Source: a virus
Direction: 5' to 3' (one strand)
Virus record (IMG/VR): IMGVR_UViG_3300048855_000013
Coordinates: 1 to 64,000 of that record
Length of the DNA stretch: 64,000 bases
Made by a program: the position numbers and the translations under genes
The notes under the pieces: generated by a model
Database searches by the model: none
Seen by the model: only the letters and a program-made list of their open reading frames with translations
Told to the model about the DNA's origin: nothing
In this document: one piece after another, positions 8,957-17,987 of the stretch
Position numbering within the stretch: position 1 is the stretch's first letter
Layout: every line of letters starts with the position of its first letter

Positions 8957-9212
8957 CCACCTCGATGATCCGCAGCCAAGGCCCGCTCATTCTGTCGCAG
9001 GTCTTCCTCCAGCACACGAACGCGCTCTAGCTGTGTTCGCACCAGTTCGTAGTCCTCCTGGATAGAATCATGCACACTCTCGTCTGTAGCATCCATGAGG
9101 TAGTCAGACATGCGCTCCAAGGCTTCGATAGCCATGATCAGCGGGTTGTCTTCGGCCCTCGGTGCCTGTCCTGGGTGGAAGGTTGCTTCCACTTTATCGT
9201 TTGCTCCCATGT
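8950..9212 (-). CDS. hypothetical protein
   Basis: Start reassigned to the ATG at 9212 with GAGGAGGAAG RBS. Confidence 0.4.
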
Positions 9213-9232
9213 GCTTCCTCCTCATATCTTGT

Positions 9233-9270
9233 TTGGCTCCGCGAGTGGGATTTGAACCCACCATTATCCA
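9233..9270 (-). other. tRNA 3'-half-like element (T-arm GTGGG/TTCAAAT/CCCAC, 7-nt acceptor 3' strand, G, CCA). The 5' half does not fold.
   Basis: Reverse complement reads GTGGGTTCAAATCCCACTCGCGGAGCCA. The complementary TCCGCGA lies about 117 nt upstream, too far for a normal tRNA. Confidence 0.35.
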
Positions 9271-9390
9271 TCAGTTTCATAAGGCGATCAACCCCTCCAC
9301 TGATTTCGGACGACTGTACACCTTCGTCCATGACCCTAGCATTCGCGGATCACAGCAGTTTACCCACATGCTTAGGTGCGTCCGTCAGGA

Positions 9391-9615
9391 CTAGAGGGTG
9401 ACGCCTGCCTCTTCGAGGACAGTGAGCGCCTTCTGGACAGCCGCAGCGTGTGCTGCGTCTACCTTGGCCTGCTCCGTGAGGTCGCCAGCCTGACGAATCA
9501 GGCTGTCAGCCGTGTCATTCTTGACCACTGCATTGCGGGCGAGCTTCTCGCCCTTCCCAACCAGCTGTGCTTGCACAGGTGGGATGGAGGACTTTCGAAC
9601 GAATCCGAGTACCAT
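9391..9615 (-). CDS. hypothetical protein
   Basis: ORF in operon. Confidence 0.4.
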   Translation of the reverse strand: MVLGFVRKSSIPPVQAQLVGKGEKLARNAVVKNDTADSLIRQAGDLTEQAKVDAAHAAAVQKALTVLEEAGVTL

Positions 9616-9632
9616 TTGTTACCTCCCCTCGA

Positions 9633-10550
9633 TTACTTCTGAACCTGGACGAACGGGGTAGCTCCCTCGGGAACCACAAACACCGTGCCATCCTTGTATG
9701 CGTCGATCAGCTTCTGCTGGAGCACCTGAGGAGTCAGGGACTCGGAGAGCAGACGGTTGGCATCAGCCGCAGCCTGTGCCTCCACGACCTGCGCCTGAGC
9801 GCTGATCTGGGTGGCGTTCAGGTTAGCCTGAGCCTCGGCTTCCTTCTGGTTCGCGACCTCAACGGCCTTGAGGCTGTTCTCCACGTCGTCGCTGTAGCGA
9901 ATCTCCTGGAGGTTGACGACCTCGATGTTCACACCGAACGGCTTGAGCTTGGCCTGGAGTGCATCCTGAATCTGGCCCTGAGCGGTGCCACGGTCAGCAC
10001 CACGGAAGTCCACAGCGCTGTACTGGCTCGGGACATCACGGGTTGCAGAACGGATTGCGTTCTCGATAACCTGCTTGGTGAACGCTTCCTGGGTGCGGTA
10101 CTTCTTGTAGAGGTCCGTCACCTTCTCAGGATCGATGGAGTAGACCACCGAGAGGTCGAGGTTCACCTGTGCACCGTTGGCGACTGCCGACGTGATCTGC
10201 GGTCCGGTCACTTTACCACCGGAGTAGTTCGTGTCACCGCCCGCCACGTAGGAAATCTCCTGTGCGAACAAGTCCCAGTCGCTGAACGACTGCCACGGTG
10301 CCTTGAGGTCCGACCCTGGGGTCAAGTCCTGACCAGCAATCGTGCCATCGAAGTTCAGGATGACCTTCGCTTCACCGACACTCTGCGTGTAGAAGGACGA
10401 GAAGAAGCCGATGACCAAGGCCAAGGCGATTGCACCTGCTCCTACGCCTCGCCATACCGTTCGCGGGAACGAATCTCGGAACTTGAACGAGAACAGAATT
10501 GCCCCCACAGCCACGACCGCCAGAATGACGATCACGATGATTTCAAACAT
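9633..10550 (-). CDS. SPFH/band-7 (stomatin/HflKC-like) membrane protein
   Basis: N-terminal TM helix followed by a band-7-like core and an Ala/Gln/Glu-rich coiled-coil tail. Confidence 0.55.
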   Translation of the reverse strand: MFEIIVIVILAVVAVGAILFSFKFRDSFPRTVWRGVGAGAIALALVIGFFSSFYTQSVGEAKVILNFDGTIAGQDLTPGSDLKAPWQSFSDWDLFAQEISYVAGGDTNYSGGKVTGPQITSAVANGAQVNLDLSVVYSIDPEKVTDLYKKYRTQEAFTKQVIENAIRSATRDVPSQYSAVDFRGADRGTAQGQIQDALQAKLKPFGVNIEVVNLQEIRYSDDVENSLKAVEVANQKEAEAQANLNATQISAQAQVVEAQAAADANRLLSESLTPQVLQQKLIDAYKDGTVFVVPEGATPFVQVQK

Positions 10551-10663
10551 TGTACCTCCGTTATCTTATACCTCCTTCGTCAGGAAGCGTTCGCTCCTGC
10601 CGTTGTCTCATGTACACTCTAGTGCACATGAATGCTAGCGCGTCAAGCGCTCACAGCACTCTC

Positions 10664-10918
10664 TCAGCGTTTGAGAGTGTCGCTCTTCTCAGGGAGTAAC
10701 CGTCGTGCTGTGTTGTAGTCCTTGGTCCCGAGAGCCGTAGCAATACGGCTAACTGGGATGAGAGCGTAATCAGCCCTTGCTACTACGGGTCGGAGTAGCT
10801 CGTTTTCGAGTGCTTCCTTTAGCTGCGCTGTTTCTCTTTCGAGGCGCTGCCGGAAGTTTCGGTTGGCGTGTGCTACGTCCAGCAGAATCTCCTCCTGCTC
10901 CTGCGTCAGGTTCGTCAT
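10664..10918 (-). CDS. hypothetical protein
   Basis: 84-aa ORF with balanced composition. Confidence 0.4.
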   Translation of the reverse strand: MTNLTQEQEEILLDVAHANRNFRQRLERETAQLKEALENELLRPVVARADYALIPVSRIATALGTKDYNTARRLLPEKSDTLKR

Positions 10919-11072
10919 CTATCCCCACAATCTCATTGAAAAATTTTTCCATTGTGGCCCACGCGGGGTCACCGTCCATCTTTTGCACAGCCTGGGCGAC
11001 AGCCCACCAGGCATGGCGACCCTTCGAACCTTGAAGAGCCACCATGCCTTCGACTGTCTCCTTGAATGTCAT
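10770..11072 (-). CDS. hypothetical protein. The low-complexity C-terminal third overlaps the previous gene in another frame, so its true extent is uncertain.
   Basis: The first 50 aa look real. The tail is R/K/A/P-rich. Confidence 0.3.
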   Translation of the reverse strand: MTFKETVEGMVALQGSKGRHAWWAVAQAVQKMDGDPAWATMEKFFNEIVGIDDEPDAGAGGDSAGRSTRQPKLPAAPRKRNSAAKGSTRKRATPTRSSKG

Positions 11073-11425
11073 GCCACCCTACCCCATGAACGGGAATCGT
11101 AGGGAATCATCTTCTCGTAGATGCCCGGTTCAAAGAACTGCGTATGCAGGACGATCTGAGCAGCGATGTGAATCTCTCGGTGGAGCTTGAGCATTTCTTC
11201 CTCAAGCTCTTCGAAAAACTCTCCGTCCTTGTCCTCATCCCAGTAGATACGCTTGCCATCCACGCTATTCAGGATTCCCCATATATCTTGGGCGATATCG
11301 GAGTTGCCGTAAGGACGCTTGGGATCAGTGGAAAATCCACCATCACCCGCGTAATCATCCTCGTTCGTCTCGACCCATACCTCACCGAGCAGCTTGAGGT
11401 GATCCTCTGTCAGTTTGAATCTCAC
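11069..11425 (-). CDS. hypothetical protein
   Basis: ORF in operon. Confidence 0.45.
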   Translation of the reverse strand: MRFKLTEDHLKLLGEVWVETNEDDYAGDGGFSTDPKRPYGNSDIAQDIWGILNSVDGKRIYWDEDKDGEFFEELEEEMLKLHREIHIAAQIVLHTQFFEPGIYEKMIPYDSRSWGRVA

Positions 11426-11652
11426 AGTCCATTCACCTTCCCTACCACGTAGACGCGAGGAGTCGATACTCGCAGCGCCTCGAACGTTTCCGGGTCAATC
11501 AGACCCATGTAATAGGCCCAGGCAAGTTCCACGCGGGCATCTGGGGCGTTTCTAGCGTACCAGAGGGGGAATCCTTGCCCAGCTGGAGAAAGTGCCTCAG
11601 ATCGCAGCTGGAGGTACTTCTCGGCTGTCTCGAATGCATCGAGGCTAGCCAT
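11422..11652 (-). CDS. hypothetical protein
   Basis: Start reassigned to the ATG at 11652 (GAGGAACAGC RBS). Confidence 0.4.
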   Translation of the reverse strand: MASLDAFETAEKYLQLRSEALSPAGQGFPLWYARNAPDARVELAWAYYMGLIDPETFEALRVSTPRVYVVGKVNGL

Positions 11653-11839
11653 GCTGTTCCTCGATGGTGATCTTGAAGATATCCCCTGCACTCAGTTCGA
11701 CTTCGATCACCGCACCACGGAACTCATCACTCGTAGTGCCGTTTGCTTCGTGGACCGTGTAGTGCTGTCCGATATAGCTGAGCATATCCATGACGAATTT
11801 TTGGTCGTCATCAAACAGTGCTGGCATTATTCCCTCCAT
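11645..11839 (-). CDS. hypothetical protein
   Basis: ORF in operon. Confidence 0.4.
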   Translation of the reverse strand: MEGIMPALFDDDQKFVMDMLSYIGQHYTVHEANGTTSDEFRGAVIEVELSAGDIFKITIEEQHG

Positions 11840-12090
11840 CCCGGTTCGAACTCATCGAACTCATTGGGTTCTGGCTCGTCCTCATCGAAATCGAACTCAT
11901 GCGGATCGAAATCCTCATAGAAATCCTCATCGAAGTCCTGGACGGCCTCATCTGGCTCTCCGTCAATGTTCTCAATGGAGAGGAACTTACCCTGCTTCCA
12001 CTTTCTCATCGCTTCGTCTTCGGTTGCTGCTTCGACCTCGTACCAGGCAATTGCACTGGTGACATCAATTTCGACCTCAAATAATGGCAC
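11827..12090 (-). CDS. highly acidic hypothetical protein
   Basis: D/E/F-rich repeats DFDEDFYEDFDPHEFDFDEDEPEP. Confidence 0.45.
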   Translation of the reverse strand: MPLFEVEIDVTSAIAWYEVEAATEDEAMRKWKQGKFLSIENIDGEPDEAVQDFDEDFYEDFDPHEFDFDEDEPEPNEFDEFEPGWRE

Positions 12091-12098
12091 ATTTCCTC

Positions 12099-12311
12099 CT
12101 AGCGTGCGTTGGCCCAGTCACAGCTGATGCTGTCACCGTCATAGCCGTCGTATACGACACAGGTTACAGCACCCGTAGGTGTCTGCACAACCTGCACCGA
12201 AAATCCATCGTCACTGTATCCAGCATTGCTCCCCGAGGAGCTACAGCCGGTCAGTGTGGCTGCTGCGATGATGAGTCCCAGCAGCCACAGAGCAAATCGA
12301 TTCCTACGCAT
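12099..12311 (-). CDS. lipoprotein
   Basis: Signal peptide MRRNRFALWLLGLIIAAATLTGC with lipobox. GAGGAGG RBS. Confidence 0.5.
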   Translation of the reverse strand: MRRNRFALWLLGLIIAAATLTGCSSSGSNAGYSDDGFSVQVVQTPTGAVTCVVYDGYDGDSISCDWANAR

Positions 12312-12371
12312 CAAGCGCCTCCTCGATTTTATCCAGCAGAGCATCTAGCTCTTCGTAGTCGTATTCGTTCA

Positions 12372-12677
12372 CTAATTGCCCTTGTGCTGTGCCTCTGCAC
12401 GGACTAGCAGAAGCTGCTCAGTCACCAAGACGAGAACATCAGACGGGATGGACTGGAGGAGAGCCAGAACCTCAGCCTGTGCTTGTGCTGCATCAGCGAT
12501 GTCACCCGCATAGAACAGGTGGAGCGCATTGTGCGACAGGGACGTGAGGTAGTCCATGACTCGCTCAGTGGCTTCCATGCGAGCAATTTCATTCTCGATT
12601 TCGTCGTCAGCCATCCCGAATGCGCTACCCAAAGCCTTGAGCATCGCCGTTTCTTCTTCCGTTGTTTCCTTTGACAT
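12372..12677 (-). CDS. hypothetical protein
   Basis: RBS AGGAGG. Confidence 0.45.
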   Translation of the reverse strand: MSKETTEEETAMLKALGSAFGMADDEIENEIARMEATERVMDYLTSLSHNALHLFYAGDIADAAQAQAEVLALLQSIPSDVLVLVTEQLLLVRAEAQHKGN

Positions 12678-12842
12678 GTTACATAACCTCCTATGGTTAC
12701 TCGTTTAGATATACTGGTATTGGCATATGCCAGTCATATTCGGGGCACAAAGGCGAATCTTTCTCGTCTAAGTATATGTCCCCGAAGGCATCCGTTCCTG
12801 CAAAGACTACCGCCTTTCCGCAGGCACCGCAATACCTAATTT

Positions 12843-13274
12843 TCACTGGACTGAGAGTTCGGCAGCCTTCTCCTGGGCCAGTATGAACGCCTCGGTCCAG
12901 AATCCGCCGCCATCCTGCTTGAACTGAGCAGCATTGAGCACCTCGATTGCCTCATCGGTGTACCCGAGTTCACGGAGCACCATGTTGTTGATACCATAGC
13001 CCTTTTCTTCGGCTTCCTGGCTACGCTCCAACTCGATGGGGACAAGCGAGATGTCCTCTTTCAGCTTGAGCAGCCCTTCGCGTCCCTCAGCACGGTAGAC
13101 CACCTGACCAACGATGCAAATCGGGTAGACATCCTCGCCCTCGGCGTAGCTCGGGTCCAGTCCCTCTTCACCGAGATTCGAGTAGTAGCAGTTCGCTCCG
13201 TGCTCACCCTTGTCCTCATCGTCCTCGATGACCTCGGCCAGCTGAGCGATGACTTCTGTAATTCCGTATGTCAT
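12843..13274 (-). CDS. hypothetical protein
   Basis: ORF. Confidence 0.45.
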   Translation of the reverse strand: MTYGITEVIAQLAEVIEDDEDKGEHGANCYYSNLGEEGLDPSYAEGEDVYPICIVGQVVYRAEGREGLLKLKEDISLVPIELERSQEAEEKGYGINNMVLRELGYTDEAIEVLNAAQFKQDGGGFWTEAFILAQEKAAELSVQ

Positions 13275-13282
13275 GATTCCTC

Positions 13283-13462
13283 CTATTCCCCGAGCCAGTT
13301 AGCGGCTCGCTGCGCTGCGTCTTTGATGGAAGTGGCTCCCATCGTGGTAGTGGAGTAATCTCCACCGAGTGTACTCGCCTCGACGTACACGAAGTAATCG
13401 TACGGGTCTTTGCGGGTGATCCTGATTTCTGCCAGGACTACAACATCCTCGTCATCTTCCAT
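13283..13462 (-). CDS. hypothetical small protein
   Basis: Internal ATG at 13462 with GGACGAGGAAG RBS. Confidence 0.35.
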   Translation of the reverse strand: MEDDEDVVVLAEIRITRKDPYDYFVYVEASTLGGDYSTTTMGATSIKDAAQRAANWLGE

Positions 13463-13685
13463 CTTCCTCGTCCTTCCAGTCGTATTTCTGGGGGAAGGTG
13501 TCGATGACCACCCCGCCAGCGATTCCCGAAGCGATGATTGGCAGCCATAGAATTCCACCAATACCAGCCAGTGTACCGCTCCCCACCACGATTGCACCGA
13601 TGAACAGTGCGATCGAGGCGACGAAGAGGAACACGGCGAGCACAACGAGATACCAGCCTAGCTGGCGCTTCTGCTTGTTCTTCAC
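13452..13685 (-). CDS. small membrane protein (2 TM)
   Basis: Two hydrophobic helices. Confidence 0.45.
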   Translation of the reverse strand: MKNKQKRQLGWYLVVLAVFLFVASIALFIGAIVVGSGTLAGIGGILWLPIIASGIAGGVVIDTFPQKYDWKDEEDGR

Positions 13686-14227
13686 TCGTCATCTCCCGTC
13701 AGATAAGCCGTGTAGCCATGGTAGGCGTCCGGGTACTGCGCGTCCACCGCATCGTGGAGCCAGTCAGGCCAGTCATCGTCATCCTCGCCTACAGCGACAA
13801 CAACGGTCACACCCTCCTCGGGCTCCCCGACCTGTACCGTCTGGAGTTCGTCACCGAACTCGACCTGGAACTCATTGGTTCCATCGGGGTACCAGACCAC
13901 AACAGGTGCATCGACCTCTCGCTGAATTTCCGGCGCAGTTTCTCCCGATGCGAGGTCAGCGATGCGCTCCCCGAGACTCTTTCGCTTGTCCTCCAGGAAG
14001 TTCATCATGGAACTCACCTGTGCGAACTGGAGTCCGTCGATGTGAATGCGCCGCGTCGGCACACCAGCGCTAGCAGCCTCGGCTACTGCAAGGCGGATCG
14101 GACCCTTGAGTGCCTCTTTCTTGGCCTCGAAGTCTGCTTCCAACTTGAGCAACTCCTTGTCAAAGCGCTGCTTGCTAGCCTTGACCGCATAGAGCTTACG
14201 CTCCTGGTCATCATTCAGTCGTACCAT
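13682..14227 (-). CDS. hypothetical protein
   Basis: Start reassigned to the ATG at 14227 with AAGGAGGGCAACG RBS. The upstream part of the ORF is S/T/R-rich junk. Confidence 0.45.
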   Translation of the reverse strand: MVRLNDDQERKLYAVKASKQRFDKELLKLEADFEAKKEALKGPIRLAVAEAASAGVPTRRIHIDGLQFAQVSSMMNFLEDKRKSLGERIADLASGETAPEIQREVDAPVVVWYPDGTNEFQVEFGDELQTVQVGEPEEGVTVVVAVGEDDDDWPDWLHDAVDAQYPDAYHGYTAYLTGDDE

Positions 14228-14600
14228 CGTTGCCCTCCTTGAGCCATTCGTTGAAGTGGTAGAGTGTGCTGTAGTGCTCCTGCACTGCCTTGTCCAGACG
14301 ATCGATCTGGTACTCCAGACTGCCGTATGCATTGTAGGTAGTGTACACCAACTCGTCGTTGACATGCACAGTGAAAGTGTAGTCCGTTTCCTGAGTGTAC
14401 TCGGAGTAGCCTCCTGACTCCTCCAGCTGAGTGAAGGAAACGATGCCCTCGGCTTTGCCAACCCGCGCTAGAACCTTATCTGCCAGGTCACCGACGATCA
14501 GGTACTTCCGGTACACATCGGGGTAAGGCCACTCGTCGGGGTCACCACTTCCCGTGCTCAGATCGACGTACTCGTACGCCAAGATGCTCTTCGTTTCCAT
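14211..14600 (-). CDS. hypothetical protein
   Basis: ATG at 14600 with AGGAGGAAAC RBS. Confidence 0.45.
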   Translation of the reverse strand: METKSILAYEYVDLSTGSGDPDEWPYPDVYRKYLIVGDLADKVLARVGKAEGIVSFTQLEESGGYSEYTQETDYTFTVHVNDELVYTTYNAYGSLEYQIDRLDKAVQEHYSTLYHFNEWLKEGNDGTTE

Positions 14601-14608
14601 GTTTCCTC

Positions 14609-14911
14609 CTAGATCGGGTAAACCTTCCAGCACTCTAGTGCCTTGCGGTTGCAGAACTTGCAGACTTTGCCAGAATGCTTGCTAACTTCAATGAGCATGG
14701 CAGCCTGAGTGCAGATGCGGATCGTAATCTTGCAATCCGTAGCGCGATGAGTGATCGTTTTGGTGCAGTTGGTACCTTTGTGAACGTATTCACACTTGAT
14801 GTCATCGAACTCACTCATCTCTTTGATGAACGCCTCGATGTCAGCCTCAGAAATTGGTGCCACATCCGTCTTCGTGGGTGCGGCTGGAGCAATGGGCTCT
14901 ACGATAGTCAT
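14609..14911 (-). CDS. Cys-rich zinc-ribbon-like hypothetical protein
   Basis: ATG at 14911 (AAGAGG RBS). Several CxxC-like pairs. Confidence 0.4.
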   Translation of the reverse strand: MTIVEPIAPAAPTKTDVAPISEADIEAFIKEMSEFDDIKCEYVHKGTNCTKTITHRATDCKITIRICTQAAMLIEVSKHSGKVCKFCNRKALECWKVYPI

Positions 14912-15342
14912 ATTTTCATACCTCTTTTCAGCTTTTCTCCGATCCGAGCAGCAATTTTGTTCTTGCTCGGCGTGATCCCTGTACCATACTTGGGTGCATG
15001 TCCAACATGCCATCCAGTACAGTATATGCATATGTAGGGCGAAAGTTCCTGGGCTCCCGGCATACTCACAGCTTGCAATGCGTCGGCTTCCGTGATGTGC
15101 AGAGCTTTCCGCAGGCAGACGTACCACTCGACGCCCCACTCATAGCCACGGTCGTTCAGGATTCTCATCCCGCGATCAAACCATGCCTGTGTGTCCCGCT
15201 GTGAGTTCGCTGACGCGACTACAGCCTGGTACTGACGCTCCGTGTGCTCGAACCGTTTCCGAGCCTTCTTGAGGGCAGCTGTGGCCTGCTCGAAGTCCGT
15301 ACGAGCCTCGTTTCGCTCCTTACGGGCTTCTGCGGGCTTCAC
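14908..15342 (-). CDS. hypothetical protein
   Basis: ORF. CIYCTGWHVGH motif. Confidence 0.45.
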   Translation of the reverse strand: MKPAEARKERNEARTDFEQATAALKKARKRFEHTERQYQAVVASANSQRDTQAWFDRGMRILNDRGYEWGVEWYVCLRKALHITEADALQAVSMPGAQELSPYICIYCTGWHVGHAPKYGTGITPSKNKIAARIGEKLKRGMKI

Positions 15343-15728
15343 GGGCGCGTCAGATATTCTTCGCCGTCGAAGTCAACCAGTGAGTAGTCCATCCGAACGT
15401 TCTCGCTGGTAGCCTCCCAGTCGATTTCAATGTAGCCAGGAATATCGCTCGGTAGGTCACCGATTTCCACGACCAACCCCTGCACGTACTCCTCGAAGTA
15501 GTTGACGTGAATGAATATCTGTCCATAGTCCCACTCGCCGCTGTCCTTGTTCTCGTCCCGGAATCCAACGAGTGACTGGAGTTCTTCGTGCAAGTCCTCG
15601 TAGTCATCTGCCTGGGCGTAGTCCCAGGGGGATTCGTCCTTGAGGTCTTCCATCTCCTGCTCAATTTCCAGGATTCGCTCGTCCACATCCCGTGAATCGA
15701 TGATGTCTTGTCCGCGTTCGATGCTCAT
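15339..15728 (-). CDS. hypothetical acidic protein
   Basis: ORF. Confidence 0.45.
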   Translation of the reverse strand: MSIERGQDIIDSRDVDERILEIEQEMEDLKDESPWDYAQADDYEDLHEELQSLVGFRDENKDSGEWDYGQIFIHVNYFEEYVQGLVVEIGDLPSDIPGYIEIDWEATSENVRMDYSLVDFDGEEYLTRP

Positions 15729-16129
15729 AGACGTTCTCCTTCTGGTGTGTGAATGATGTTGTACTCCAGGTCAACCTCAGCGTCCCGTAGCACAGATACC
15801 ATTTTGCTGCGCTGTGTGTCCCCGCCACCGACGCGAACCCAGGAATTCTCCTCGATCTTGACAACTCCCTTGTCCTTCGCTGAAATCGAAACAGCACGAG
15901 AAAACAGCGGGTAATCCTTGGCTGTTTTCGGCTCCTCCCAGACTTCCAGCTTGAAAGTTCCGGGGTAAGGAATGCGAATCGGCGCAGCCACCACGTCCTC
16001 GATGGTGTAAATCGAATCATCGTCGTTGATCCGCAGAATTCCCACGATTTGTGTCTCACCCTTGGTGAGTCGTACTTTCTTGTTCTGGGCGTAGCTCCAG
16101 CTACCGCTTCTCCATTTACCGTTACTCAC
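15725..16129 (-). CDS. hypothetical protein
   Basis: ORF. Confidence 0.45.
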   Translation of the reverse strand: MSNGKWRSGSWSYAQNKKVRLTKGETQIVGILRINDDDSIYTIEDVVAAPIRIPYPGTFKLEVWEEPKTAKDYPLFSRAVSISAKDKGVVKIEENSWVRVGGGDTQRSKMVSVLRDAEVDLEYNIIHTPEGERL

Positions 16130-16626
16130 AGGTTGCCCTCCTCATCGAATTCCCAGTCGTTTGCTTCCGCAGTCTCACGGAAAGCCTCGTCGGAAGAAAT
16201 GTACTCGTCTTCCGCAATGAATGCCTCGTACATCTTGCGAGAGAGGTTCACAATGAACTGCTCCGCCGCAACCTGTGCACCCACGGGTACATCGTCCCGC
16301 CATTCATCGTCCGGGTAGAAGAGTTCGATGTCCCCTCCCCAACGGCTCGTGTTTGTCACCAGCTTGTAGGTCACTCCACCGTACTCGAATGGTCCCGTGG
16401 TAGCGAACTTCGGGTAACCTCCCTGAGTGTACAGGCTGTAAGTAAGATCGCTTGCCATACTCAGTCCCGCGTCCTCTAGGATGCCGTCAGCGATGAGTTG
16501 CATGGATTCCTGCATCCATCCCGACTCCCACTCGAACTGGTTGTGCTTGGCCCGAGCGTTCTCCTGCGCCGACTCACTGAGTTCGTCGTAGGTGTACCAC
16601 ACCTTCTCGTATGTCTCCGTGCGCAT
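16126..16626 (-). CDS. hypothetical protein
   Basis: ORF with ACCTCC RBS complement. Confidence 0.45.
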   Translation of the reverse strand: MRTETYEKVWYTYDELSESAQENARAKHNQFEWESGWMQESMQLIADGILEDAGLSMASDLTYSLYTQGGYPKFATTGPFEYGGVTYKLVTNTSRWGGDIELFYPDDEWRDDVPVGAQVAAEQFIVNLSRKMYEAFIAEDEYISSDEAFRETAEANDWEFDEEGNL

Positions 16627-16652
16627 AGCTACCTCCTTGGTTGGTTTTGGAT

Positions 16653-16738
16653 TGGCGGCGATAGATGGAGTTGAACCACCTTACATGGGGAGCGCTCCCC
16701 GCTCAGCTCATTTCTGGGCTGTTGCACCGTGCATCGCC
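16653..16738 (-). other. tRNA-like element (86 nt). Possible degenerate type II tRNA.
   Basis: Reverse complement has a 7-bp acceptor pairing GGCGATG/TATCGCC with G plus CCA, a T-arm GGTGG/TTCAACT/CCATC, and a perfect GGGGAGCGCTCCCC hairpin as a variable-arm candidate. The D and anticodon arms do not resolve. Confidence 0.3.
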
Positions 16739-17126
16739 TGTCCCGTTTTTGTGAGTAGCTAGCTCGCAGGGTACAGGATCGGACCCAATTTTCAAGTTTA
16801 CCTCTAACATATGTGTGTCCGGTTCACCACTCCCGGTTCGTACTGTGCATTACATCGTACCCACCTTCTCAGTTAGCTATATCTTATGCATGTTTTCTAT
16901 TCATTCACAAACAAATTCAGTAAATTACCAGCTTGGGCGGCGCTCTGGCTCCCATACTGACCTCCCTAGAATTCGGTGTCGGTGTAGCTCCCTCGTCCCA
17001 CTCGTGGCTCGACCGGGGGAACTACTGGCTGACTTCTCACATACTCGATGAAGTTGAGAGTCAGTACCACAATCAGGATTACGAATAGTCCCGAAAGTAG
17101 GATTCCGTTGAAGAGTGCTAAATCTG

Positions 17127-17480
17127 TCACCAGTTCTTCGCCACCCAGTCATTGACCGGCTTGATGGCCACTTCGAGCGAGATGTTGTAGTCCGCAATGG
17201 TTTCCCACTCTTCGCCCATGACGACGAACACGTACGCTCCCGACTCCGTGTACAGGTACGCCTCATCGAGATTGAAGACCTGTTCGTAGACCTCCCAGAG
17301 GGTGCTCACGTCATTTTCTTCTTCTGAGTCATCCACCATGATGATCGGATTGTCTGCGGCCTCTAGAGCCTCGTACAGCCGCTTGATGATTTCGGCTTCG
17401 ACGTGGTGTCGATCCACTGCATCCTGAATGTAGCGCTGGAACCGCGCCTTGTTCGCGTCTTCTTGTGATTGAAACGTCAT
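17127..17480 (-). CDS. hypothetical protein
   Basis: ORF. Confidence 0.45.
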   Translation of the reverse strand: MTFQSQEDANKARFQRYIQDAVDRHHVEAEIIKRLYEALEAADNPIIMVDDSEEENDVSTLWEVYEQVFNLDEAYLYTESGAYVFVVMGEEWETIADYNISLEVAIKPVNDWVAKNW

Positions 17481-17481
17481 G

Positions 17482-17619
17482 CTAAACCTCCAACATTTCT
17501 TGGAGAATTTCTACCACGATGCTCGCGGCAGACCTCCAGTCGCCTTGTTCCTTCTCGACCTGAACAGCAGCTTCCAGAGCCTCATTCAGCTTATCTTCGT
17601 TGACTCGTACCAGAGTCAT
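17482..17619 (-). CDS. hypothetical small protein (45 aa)
   Basis: ATGA overlap with the upstream gene. Below the track cutoff. Confidence 0.3.
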   Translation of the reverse strand: MTLVRVNEDKLNEALEAAVQVEKEQGDWRSAASIVVEILQEMLEV

Positions 17620-17987
17620 GCCGTCCAGCCGAATCGCTGGTTAATTGTGTCGTACTTGGTTTCGTATCCGATTCCTGCACGAACCATGCTCTGATGGCGT
17701 CCCGTCGTGTTACTGAATTTTACTGTTGTAAGCACCCATCCCTCAGCCTCAGTCCACACTGCGATGGGCTCCCGGTAGCTGTACACCACGAATTCACGAG
17801 TATGCACTGCCGCAGCACCTGGCACTCCCGTCGAGTAAGTGGAGTTCACGCCCCAGAGGGAACCGTTCGTGACGAAATCCTCCCGGTTCTTGATGGCCTT
17901 GCGGGTCACTCCCACAAGATCACCGTGTTGACTTGCACCCTTGACTGCTCCCGGCATCATGTGGCCGGTCACTGGATTGCGTGGCAT
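17616..17987 (-). CDS. hypothetical protein
   Basis: ORF. Confidence 0.45.
   Translation of the reverse strand: MPRNPVTGHMMPGAVKGASQHGDLVGVTRKAIKNREDFVTNGSLWGVNSTYSTGVPGAAAVHTREFVVYSYREPIAVWTEAEGWVLTTVKFSNTTGRHQSMVRAGIGYETKYDTINQRFGWTA

Noticed and set aside
9567-10622. 351-aa plus-strand ORF
   Set aside because: Antisense to the SPFH gene, which has a TM helix and a coiled-coil tail. The composition is Leu/Arg/Val-rich junk.
13498-14242. Plus-strand ORFs of 191 and 211 aa
   Set aside because: Pro/Arg/Ser-rich frames antisense to RBS-supported minus-strand genes.
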